A stretch of 64,000 nucleotides of DNA, taken from the NCBI RefSeq assembly GCF_009914755.1, contig NC_060944.1. One strand, written 5' to 3'. Below, in pieces: positions 1 to 15,242 of the stretch (its first letter is position 1; every line of letters starts with the position of its first letter). A program made the translations under genes and the position numbers. The notes beneath the pieces are model-generated. The model worked only from the letters and a program-made list of their open reading frames with translations. It had not been told where the DNA came from and ran no database searches. The DNA is from the human T2T-CHM13v2.0 reference genome, Homo sapiens.

Positions 1-2075
<2,075 letters not shown>

Positions 2076-2283
2076 TATATAACTGTTGCTTTAATTATAT
2101 GAAATTAAAGTGAAAACTACTGAAAACTCAGTAGAAATTCACTTGACCTTAAAGTACTGGAAGTGCAAAAGAAAGCAAAAGCAAGATTTAATATGGTCCA
2201 AATTACTAAATATCATCAAATTTAACAGTACCATAAGCTGCAAAAGCTTTTTAAGAGCTAAAGGCTTTAAAGAAGTAAACTAC

Positions 2284-2337
2284 CTCACAGGGCTCTTGTC
2301 TTTTCTGAATGGACTTTTGCTTCGGGAACGTCGTCTG
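2284..2337 (-). CDS. RBM39: RBM39 exon 6, (S)RRRSRSKSPFRKDKSPV(R)
   Basis: Acceptor TTTGCAG|CAG (NAGNAG), donor GAG|GTAGTT; 54 nt. Downstream RRM exons lie beyond position 1. Confidence 0.95.
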
Positions 2338-2433
2338 CTGCAAAGTTAAAAAGTTTCAGAAGTTATCCAAACAAGTACAGCATGTTAGTTCCTTGAAAAA
2401 CAATTTAAACAATTCAGAAGTATGTTTAAAAAC

Positions 2434-2499
2434 CTTAATTTGATGCTATGAGGCAACCCAATCTTTCCTCGGATGGCACTGTTAAATTTTGGTCCGGAG
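2434..2499 (-). CDS. RBM39: RBM39 exon 5, (Y)SGPKFNSAIRGKIGLPHSIKL(S); 66-nt symmetric exon
   Basis: Acceptor TTTCCTTTTTAG|, weak donor AAG|GTTTTT; phase 2-2, so skipping keeps the frame. Confidence 0.95.
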
Positions 2500-4913
2500 C
2501 TAAAAAGGAAACACAAAATTACACTAGTTACAGGTTTAGGGTCTTGCTAAGATCGCATTCATGCGCTCTCCAGCAAGACTAACATTGTTTAGGCTACTGC
2601 TTTTCCACCTCAGTTATGAAGAGGAAACAAAAATACTTGTCTCTTAACTTTATTCCCAGGCAAGCTGCCCTTGTATTTATCCATCCTGGACCACTGAGAG
2701 GTGCCAAGACCAAAGGTTACAGCCTCAAAATTTTTAGATTCTGAAAATGCACACACCCATTTTCAGACTTTAGATATCTTTGTAAGCTACATATATATAT
2801 ACAGTCTTGAGAATTAAAAAAAAAAAACACACACACACATATATAAAAAATAAATCCCTCTGAACTTCCCTCACACCAGCAGTAACTATGGTTAACAATT
2901 TGGTGTGTATCTTTGCAGATCCTCTCTTGGGAATCTATGTGTGTACATGTACATATACAATTTTCATATACATCTTCTTTTTGAAAGACTTCTTTTAAAA
3001 ACTAAAGTGAATTCTTTAGTCATGCAACTTAGGTATTTCCCCATTCACCAGTAACTCTTAAGACAGCATGACACCACTTAACACACTACATACTTCAGTT
3101 GTTTGTTGCAAAAATATTCCATCGTGAACATGTGAAGGTAATTTACCAATTCTCTAGAAAAATTTTGTGAGGACTTGTCAGGACTAACAGAGTGTTTTCA
3201 CAAAGATCATAAAGGTAATTATTCTGTAGTAACAGTTTTTGTGACTTTTTAAAGACCAGGCTAACTTAAAGGGACTAGCCAGTTGTCCATTAGTGCTCAT
3301 CCTGCTAACTTATTCCAGAAGAACAGCGAAATAAATAAATACATAGTGGCCTGTGATCCACACATTTGAATTAGTTTTCATGAACACCATGCCTACCTAC
3401 AACATGCAAGTATTTCCAAATAAAACACTTTATATTAACTTGACCCTTTGCAATTCAGACTAATGCTGATGACTGAGAATCATTTACTGGATGTATTACA
3501 GTTCTCAAGTAATTAGTTATAAGCTATTTTCTTTCCCCTTTAATTATAAAATATTCTGAGTTACAGCCTCAAACCCAACATTAAGAACTAAGTAATTTTT
3601 TATTAAAGTTAAGCCATGATCCCAGCAAACAAAGTATCCATCACTCAAAGGAATTAAGCTAATTCCTTTCCCCTTATTTAGTTCATCCTGGTAAAAAGAT
3701 TTAACATAATCCCATTTTAAAAATGCTCAGAATCTTGATAAATGGGACAAAAGCAGAGAAGTTCCTAATGTTGTACAGCATTCGAAATTAAAATAGCATT
3801 GTGGTCCCATTTTCAGCTATTAAAAAGTTAATGAAATAAGCAGCTTGGAGGAAACCAGCATCACGGAGTTTAATTCTTTTTATTTTAAAGATAAAAGAGC
3901 CAGAATCGGAATTCATGTAATGCCAAAACATTTCATGAATCCATTAAGTCCTCTGAGCACTTTACATTTTCTTCTCATTCATTACTCATTAATAGCTTAT
4001 CTGAAACTTATTATCTCCTTAAAAGGTTAGAAAACAAATGCTTAGCTTAGGGGATTAAGTATCTTGCCCAAGTGATTCGGGTCTGTTTGTCTTTGAATTC
4101 CATCCTTAACCATTCAAATCTTAGAAGTTAGAAGGGTTATTTTTAATATATCCCAGAGTTTACAGCACTGTGTTTATTAAGAGGAATTAACCTCATAAAG
4201 CATTAAAGATTGCTAGATGCAATCCTTAGAATTGTAGGTGGTTAATATAGTTATTTAATAACCATAATATATTTGTTTCCAACTTTAAATATCCACATCC
4301 AAATTTCTAGTGATCTAATCTTCAAAACACTTTTAGTTTGGAATACCTTTTATTATTATTAACAAACCTTAAATACAGATGAGCCCAAAAAAGGATCTTT
4401 ATCAATGAGCATACACAACAAATTCACAACTGGCCTGACATTTCAGCTGAAAACAGCCACGGTGACAAAGACTTTTTATTTACTGTTAACTAATTATACA
4501 TGTGTAACTTAGTATTCATCAGAACTTTACAATTTTAAGTAAATATGTATTTAGCAAATACTGTAACAGCCCAGACACTTGTTAAGCTTTCTTAGGTATT
4601 TGGGCACTACAATGTCATCTTTTTCAAGCACTCTAGTGCTTTCATCCAGTTTGCGTTGACTGGCATACAATTTAGAAACTCTGATAGTTTAACAGAAAAT
4701 AGTCAGTATGCCTAGTAAAAGCAAATTTTTACTTATTTGTCTATGCACTGTATTTTCACTTTACTAGTATTCAATGCCAATATCCTTAATTCAATACTTT
4801 TTAACCAATCATTAAAAAAATAAAAATTCACAATTCAAATCACTCAAGTTAAACTGCCATCTGAATACCCAGAGAATAACCCTCAAACCAAAATCATAAC
4901 TATAGTTACATAC

Positions 4914-5108
4914 TAAGGACTTCTGTAGCGGCCTCTAAATCTTCGATCTCGACTTCTTGAGCGGCTCCGTCGCCTCTCTTTGCTTCTACTTCGCTTTCTT
5001 TCACGGCTTTTGCTCTTTTTCCTTTCTCTGTCTCTACTTCGCTTCCGTTCCTTACTTTTGCTTCTCTTTCGTTCATGACTACGACTTCTGCTCTTGCTTT
5101 TTTTCCTC
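4914..5108 (-). CDS. RBM39: RBM39 exon 4, RS domain (K)RKKSKSRSRSHERKRS...RFRGRYRSP(Y)
   Basis: Acceptor TTTTCTTCTCAG|, donor TTA|GTATGT; 195 nt, phase 2-2. Overlaps RS-rich ORF 4913..5137. Confidence 0.97.
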
Positions 5109-5267
5109 CTGAGAAGAAAAAAACTCGCCATTATCATGCTGGCTTAAGAACCCACCAAAATATACTACCTTTTATGGCCAGAATCATTTTTTCATCCTTT
5201 CATAAATTTCTTTGGCTAGTTTTACTATGATACAATGGTACATAATCATACTTAAAAAAAAAAAAAA

Positions 5268-6662
<1,395 letters not shown>

Positions 6663-9605
6663 CTAAAGTTACAATGAATACACCAGAAAATGGAGTATGC
6701 CATTTTTAAGCCAGTTTATAGAAACCTGTGGGATGCAATCAAAACCAATGATCAACTTGACCTTCACAGACCTTTTTAAAATCTCTAACTAAAAACCAAA
6801 AAAGCCAAACATATCTTTCTGCTCACTTCCGTAGTCTTCACAGTATACCACCCATTCATAATTAAATCTTATAATCTATACCTCTGTGTCATCACCCAAA
6901 TTTTAGAGGTGCCTTCAGATATTTCAATATAAATTGAAAGACATTTCAAAATCAGTTTATTCCACGAAAATGTCTATTTGTAGTGGCTTAATGATTAAAC
7001 ATTTTGACAATTCTGTATCATTATCTGGATATGTAATTGTTTATTCCTTATCAAAGCAAAGTTACATATCACAAGAGCAACTGAGGTCTGCCTCAGAGAA
7101 CCTGTAAGCAGGTCATCTTTAGAGTGCATTGAAAATAGAAAATGAAGACACCCACCTTCTGGAATCTTGAAACCCACACTCCAATCACAAGGAGATGTAG
7201 AGCTTTCCAAGGAGGCAGAAAGTTTGTCTAAAATTTCAAGATAATCCACCTGACTGTCAGAAATGTATATGCTAGGTAGCACATGACAGAAAATTAGGCT
7301 ACACTCATTATTTATATAGAACTCATCAAAGCCATGCCCAGATGGGCAATAGGTAACACTCCAATTTTGTTGCCTAAGAAACCTAACACTATCTCTGTGA
7401 CACTATTCCAACTATAGAACTCTGAGATTTCTAAAACCAAAAGTCCTAAATATATTCAATTAGGGAACAAGGTAAAAAGTAACTCCATCCCCCTCAAAAA
7501 CAAAGTTTTTGTTCTGCTCTAGATGGGCTATAGCAAGAGAGGCAACCAACCTATTTACCTCTCATAGGACCCAAAACTTATTCTGCCAAAAGAAAACACT
7601 TGAAAATTGGAGAGCTAATTTTAACTTAAGGTCTTCTAGGACTTTTTGTAAACAAGTCCTCACCCACATCTGAAGGCAACCCCAGGCAGGTAAAAAGACA
7701 GCAACATACTAAGACATTCAGAAAATACAATCTTTTGCATAAAAGCCCAGAGAAAACTACAAGGGTGCAAGAAACCAGTATATTTCCAGCTTCAAAGAGC
7801 ATTTATTACATTAACTAAAGAAGGGTTATCGAAATCCACACTAATAGTCAAATCCTGTTACAACTTAAAAGGGACTTTCCAAAGTCTTTAATGGCAGTGA
7901 AATTTTGTACTGAACATCACTGAAGTAAATGGTCCACTGGGCTGGGCCTTTGGACTTTTTGGTTATATGGCCTCTGCAGTAAAGGTGTTTTGCTATAACT
8001 GGATTTGACCTCTTCCATGTAAGAAGATCTAAATTTTTAATGCAAAGTATTCTGGAAAATAAGAAAAAAAATAGAAAAGTCATTTATTCCAAAATTTATA
8101 GATAATCCACACCACAGTAGCCAATATATTTCAACTGTGTCATTTTAATGTTATCTTTTATTGAGTAATTCTCTAAAGAGCTTAACGGAATGGACGCTGA
8201 TTTAGACTTTGCAAAACTGGTTACTTTAACAAATAATATTCCCATGAGGGCAAGCTCAAGCACTTAGGATGCATACCTTGACATATGCAAAAACTCAGGT
8301 TTACAGCTCTTCAGAAAATAGGTTGACAACCAGTCTGTGTCACAATAACTTTGTTCCTTTTACTATTCTAGGATACTATGAAGTGTATGTTAAGAATCAG
8401 AATTATACAATTAAAAAAATTTATACTCAGTCAACTGTTTCTCAGAACATGCCATTTTTCTACTACCTAACAAACTATAGCTCAATGTGGCTTTTAAGAC
8501 AATGAAGTTTTAGAATGAAAAATGCAACACGGCACTTTCCTTTGGTTAAGAAATTTAATTTAGTACTAAAGGTTTAAAGCAGAGTGTTCTGTATGTTTTA
8601 TATCTATTCCTAAATACAAAAATTTTCTTCCAGGTAACTTTAAAATTAATTTGAAACATAAAGTTCCTTCAGAAAATCAAGAGTCCTGATTGAACAAGGG
8701 AATCATTTATTTATCACCTATAATTGACGAGAAGTCTGACTGGAAAGTATTTTAAGATTACCAAAGTGTTTTGAAAGGATCTTCCCTTAGACAATCTCAT
8801 GGTTAAAGAAAATTGTCCATTCTCCTATTTAGTCCTGTGGTTCTCTACATTAGACAAAGGCCACCGAATATCACACATGGAGAACTTGATGCTCAGCTTC
8901 CTTGTAAAAGCTTGTAGCCTTAATCAGCTTATACACAGGATAAAAACAAGTAGACACCGGAGATGACCTTAGTGGCAAAAAGCGACATGAGACAATGGTA
9001 CAGTAACGAAGGTCTGTACCCAAAAGTGTACGTTCTTATCCTTCTGGCACTTGAAGCGAAATCTTTAGCCACTCGGCCTGACACCTAATTGGATAATTTA
9101 TGTCAATTTATATGGATACACCTTCCTGGGTTTTCTTTTGATTAGAGAATTGCAAAACAAAAACATTAGGAAACCATTACTGTGGCAGAAAGTCTAAAAC
9201 CAGATGACATAAACCATACCTCTGGTTGGTTGCATCAGATCCCACATCAAGACTAAACCCAACCTGATCCCCACAATTTCTTGTGATTGGTGAGGAACTA
9301 TAAATGACTCCCATCCAAGCTTATACCAGAAAAAAGGAGCACATTTTCTACAAATTATATCATTTTTAATCCATTACCACATTATTTTAGGGGAACTACA
9401 AAAAAAAAAAATAGTGGCTTAACAAGCCCTGAATAACATTATATATTTTCTCATCTGTTTTATGAAATTTTATCAACCTACCTAACACAGTTGTAGTGAG
9501 AAAGACTGACATACTTACTATGAAGCATTTAGGGATCTTAGGAGGAAAAGAGCCAAAAAGAAATCAAATAAATGGCTATTTTTCTCTCGTTTTTCATTAA
9601 CATAA

Positions 9606-11258
<1,653 letters not shown>

Positions 11259-11936
11259 TGGATCTCATCATATCTGTTACCTAAGACTTTTCGTACACTG
11301 TTTTCTGTACTAGTCTATAGCAGAGTTCTATTGAGTCACTCATCTTACCCAAATAAAGTGTACAGATATATTCATAATTTCCAAAATCCCCACCCTGTTA
11401 AGTCTAGAGTTTAAAAGGCCTAAGATAATGAAAGCCACCTTTAGAAGTACTTAAGTACCTGTTCCATCACTTCCAAAAGGGCCTCTGAGCAGCAAGTTGC
11501 AGAAATAATTCACAGCTTTGACTCCTTCGGCACTTTAGGGCAAACAATACTTTCCATGGCCTAGTTATCACCTAATTTAACTCTTTCTACCTTTTAAGAT
11601 CAATGGATATATAACAGTTTTATCAGTAAGATAACCAAATATCAAACCAAAGTTAACAAATTTAAAACAAGACAACCTCTAATACAGAACTTGTCACCAG
11701 ATTGTCATGATGGACTTGGAGGGGAAGGTATCTGAAACTATATTCTGAAATCTAAGCAAAAAAATCCACAGTTCCTCCAAGAGTTTGTCTCAAAAGGCAA
11801 AGAACCAATTTTCTAAAAGCAGCAAAGAAAAGCTTCAGAAGAGAATTTTGTATACTTTAGCCACAGGAACACAACTTAAGGTCTAAAACCACAAAAAAGC
11901 TCACCACCCTCCCCCAAGCCCCTTCTTAAAACTCAC

Positions 11937-11986
11937 TTTTTGCTACGTTCTTCATGGCCGTTGGCACTGCTCAACTTGTTCTCATC
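11937..11986 (-). CDS. RBM39: RBM39 exon 3, DENKLSSANGHEERSK(K)
   Basis: Acceptor CCTGCTTAG|GAT, donor AAA|GTGAGT; 50 nt, continues the frame from exon 2. Confidence 0.97.
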
Positions 11987-12361
11987 CTAAGCAGGGTTGA
12001 TAGAAGAACATCATGAGGACGAAGTGGTAACATTTCAAGTTGTCAAAGGGTAAAGGGAACAGGAATAAGAAAATACAAAACAATTTTAAAACTAATTATT
12101 TACTTATAGTTTAACATGGAAGGCTATAAAAAAATTTAGATGGGTATGTGTTTAACCACTTTGTTGCTTACATTTAAGTCATCAAGATACAAAAATAAAA
12201 AAATTTTCCATATTAACATGTTAAATTTTACTTTCTTATATAGTTTAGATATTAAAAGTTATCCAGATTTACAATGTTGAAGTGGTTAAATATAATTTCC
12301 ATAAAACATGAAGTCCTGTTTTGAGTTTTATTCCATGTGCTATGGTCCCTTTGGTCAGTAC

Positions 12362-12516
12362 CATGGCTCTATTTCTGCCTAAGCCCCAAGTGGCCATGCT
12401 AGCAGCCAGCCACTATCGATTTCCTGTGACCGATGCCATTCCTGAGATCTTCGCCCATTTCCGTTGGAGGGTTGGGACTGTAAGAGCTTGATGCCACCTC
12501 TGTCACACATCTCGCC
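12362..12516 (-). other. RBM39: Candidate second cassette exon in RBM39 intron 2 (155 nt, PTC-containing)
   Basis: Branch-like TACTAAA, acceptor CCTGTTTGCTTCAG|, donor ATG|GTACTG. GC-richer island in an AT-rich intron. In-frame TAG at 12381-12379. Confidence 0.6.
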
Positions 12517-13493
12517 CTGAAGCAAACAGGGATTCACACTGCTTTAGTAATGTTGACTCCCAAGAACCCAAGAAAGTCAATTAATAATCCACCAAGTCCA
12601 GCCTAAACATTTCCTACTTCCATACCTGTTTACATGGAATTACATCCATGTTAAAAAAAACTAAGACACAAGAATCTTAACATTAAAACAGAAAGTAGCT
12701 CTTCAAGAGTCTAAGCATTACAAAATTACATACACTATTTAAATCTATCAAGAATTCATCCAAATTGGTACCACATGGTCGTGCTATACAATCCAAAACA
12801 AATGTATTATTTTTAAAAGGTTTAGTGAAATGTTTATTTTAAAGTTTGATTACATCAGCTATAGGAGTAAAGTGCTAACTTACAAAGCTTACAGTTTGTG
12901 ACACCAGTGATAATGCATGCATACTGCTATTTTCACCACCAACTGGTGAAACAATGAAAAGACAGTTTACTTTTACTGAGATACCGAAATGAGTCAAAGA
13001 CTATATTAGCCAATATAATTCCTTTGTTTTTAGTGTGAAATACTATGGTAGGGCCTAATTAAAAATAAAAACAATATGGAGAACAGTAAAACAGTCATCA
13101 AGTGACTCTAAGCTTGTATTTACTCTAAGCTTGTATTAAGCTTGTATTGACTCTACTGCCTCTTGTATTTTTTTTTTTTAATTTCTATTCAGGGATCCAA
13201 GAATTTTAGTAATTATTAACTGAGCAGCAGATTGCCACTGGACTGTTTTAAGATTTACTATCACCAGTCTTACATAGATACATAAATTTTAAAATCTCAC
13301 CCATTTCTTCTTATAAGACTATTAGAAGATTTAACTTGCCACAGACTGGTCATGCTTTGTTATTCTTGGACCCCTGCTTTTTCCCAAACCACTACATTCA
13401 CCTTTTTGCTATACCAAACTGGAGGTGGTAATTCTTAGTTGAGTCATTTTACCTAGGGGACCACGGTACAGCGATAAGTCACTCAATTACTAC

Positions 13494-13566
13494 CTTATGA
13501 TTGACAGTTCACACTGGAATCAAAGGTGAATTCATGGGAGTAGAGGTGAGATATCGTTAGGCAAGT
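13494..13566 (-). other. RBM39: RBM39 73-nt poison (PTC) cassette exon, 'exon 2b'
   Basis: Acceptor CTCTCTTTGTAG|, donor AAG|GTAGTA. Read in frame from exon 2 it gives TCLTISHLYSHEFTFDSSVNCQS then TAA. Fits the published RBM39 autoregulatory NMD exon between exons 2 and 3. Confidence 0.85.
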
Positions 13567-13792
13567 CTACAAAGAGAGATAGATGGGCATTTATTCATCA
13601 CGCTGAAGTGAAACTACTGCACAATATTATTACATCAATAGCATATATTTACTTTTGTAAGTTACACGTAATGCATCTCTGATAAGATAAATCAAGAGGG
13701 CTCCGGGGAGGTTAGTTTACATTTCAGCAGTAGTTTCGTGAATAATGCTAAATTAAGAAATATATAAACCTCACCGACATGTTTTTTCTCAC

Positions 13793-13843
13793 CTTCTTGT
13801 AAGGAGCCTCAAGCATTGCTTCAATATCAATATCGTCTGCCAT
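13793..13843 (-). CDS. RBM39: RBM39 exon 2 coding part, MADDIDIEAMLEAPYKK (whole exon 13793-13856)
   Basis: ATG at 13843-13841; acceptor TTCCTAG|G (AG 13858-13857); donor AAG|GTGAGA. 51 nt, phase 0. Translation is the recognisable RBM39 N-terminus. Confidence 0.97.
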
Positions 13844-13997
13844 TTTCTCTAAACGCCTAGGAAGAGAACAAGACAATTTCTTGAGTAAACATTTCTCTTA
13901 CAATGTGAAACAAGTTTCACTCTTGTTGCCTATATCGTCTAACATTTTCTCTAAACGCCTAGGAAAAGAACAAGACGATTCCGTGAGTAAACATTTT

Positions 13998-14000
<3 letters not shown>
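13830..14000. repeat. Direct duplication (~69 bp, offset 102 bp) of the RBM39 exon-2 acceptor/start region
   Basis: 13830-13898 ATATCGTCTGCCATTTTCTCTAAACGCCTAGGAAGAGAACAAGAC... versus 13932-14000 ATATCGTCTAACATTTTCTCTAAACGCCTAGGAAAAGAACAAGAC... Confidence 0.92.
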
Positions 14001-14034
<34 letters not shown>

Positions 14035-14315
14035 AGACGGAGTTTCGCTCTAGTTGCCCAGGCTGAAGTGCAGTAGCGCGATCTCGGCTCACTGCAAGCT
14101 CCGCCTCCCAGGTTCCAGCGATCCTACCACCTCACCTCCCGAATAGCTGGGATCACAGGCGCCTGCCACCACGCCCGGCTAATTTTTGTATTTTTGGTAG
14201 AGACGGGGTTTCACCATGTTGATGAGGTTGGTCTCGAACTCCTAACCTCAAGTGATCCGCCTGCCTCTGCCTCCCAAACTGCTGGGATTACAGGCGTGAG
14301 CCACCGCGCCCGGCC
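14000..14315 (-). mobile_element. Full-length Alu in RBM39 intron 1 with TSD
   Basis: Poly-T 14000-14033. TSD GTAAACATTTTTC (13987-13999) / GTAAACGTTTTTC (14318-14330). Confidence 0.93.
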
Positions 14316-14922
14316 TGGTAAACGTTTTTCAAATCGACTGAATTTTTCTTCTCAGCCGACACACTCGAAAACTTAAGAAAAACCTCCAAAAGCCCTACAA
14401 TTAATGACTAAAGTGACATGCACTTTAACCAGGTTTGGCTTACGTAAGTAAATCCAAAACGCCTCTTACACGAAACACACGAAAATGAAGACTTCAATAT
14501 CCAATATTTAAAACTCTGCTGTCAACTCCAAAAACAGAAACTGGGAGACCCGAACGAGAGCGCCTCTTTCCGGGCAAAAACCCGCGCTGCCATTTTAGGG
14601 GCAAAGAGAAACTCCCTCCATTGGGAGGGGTTATGAGCCAAGGCAGCGTTCAACTGGCGCCATGTTGGGAGGTCGCGGCCGGCCCAGGCCTCGAAGGAGA
14701 CAGGTCACCATTCTACCGCGGCCTCTCGGGGGTCCCTACCGCCCCAAGAATCCAGACTATACCCGACTGGAAAATAAGGGCGCGGTCACTGAAACAGGGC
14801 CGATTTCTCGAAAACCACCCCCCACCCCGGTCGCTAAAGACCTCCAAAAGCGCCCCTCAGCCCAAAATGGAGCCAAACCTCGAGAAAGCTGAGATAATAC
14901 GCGGGTCCGCAACGCCCCGTAC

Positions 14923-15242
14923 CTGTTCCGGCCTTCGGGCGCCTGTGGTGCTCGTGTTCGGGAAGAGATTGCTGCTGCTGCTGCTGCTGCTGCCGCCGCC
15001 GCCGCTTCTGTTGCTACTGTTAAGCCCCTAGGCCCAGGCCGCGGAACCGCCCAGCCCGAATATCGGGTTCCAAGGACGGCTAGGCCCGAGAGAATCTAAA
15101 AAAAACAATGGAATTAGAGAAGCCCACGCGGGAGAGCAGGACGGCGGCTTCGGCAGCTCAGGATCCACCCCTGCGACAGCGTCGACAAGCTCCCTGAAAT
15201 GGCGGCCGCTGCTTCCCTGTACTCACATTCACCAGCACACAT
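14923..15242 (-). other. RBM39: RBM39 exon 1 (5' UTR, non-coding); TSS approximate
   Basis: GC-rich exon in a CpG island. Donor CGGAACAG|GTACGG (GT at 14922-14921) joins the exon-2 acceptor to give ...GGAACAG-GCGTTTAGAGAAAATG. The 5' boundary is estimated, not visible. Confidence 0.85.
14971..15003. repeat. (GCT)7(GCC)4 compound trinucleotide repeat in the RBM39 5' UTR
   Basis: Read directly; (GGC)4(AGC)7 in the mRNA sense. Confidence 0.95.

Noticed and set aside
2520-2635. Intronic H/ACA snoRNA (two hairpins plus an ANANNA-like box)
   Set aside because: No ACA after the 3' hairpin and the 5' hairpin is weak; kept only as a single stem-loop finding.
4913-5137. Standalone 74-aa RS protein
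   Set aside because: It is RBM39 exon 4 plus intronic flank; the start is intronic and the stop spans the donor (TA|G).
14439-14448. Palindrome CTTACGTAAG (PAR-bZIP D-box / two-way donor)
   Set aside because: A single short motif compatible with chance; no supporting context.
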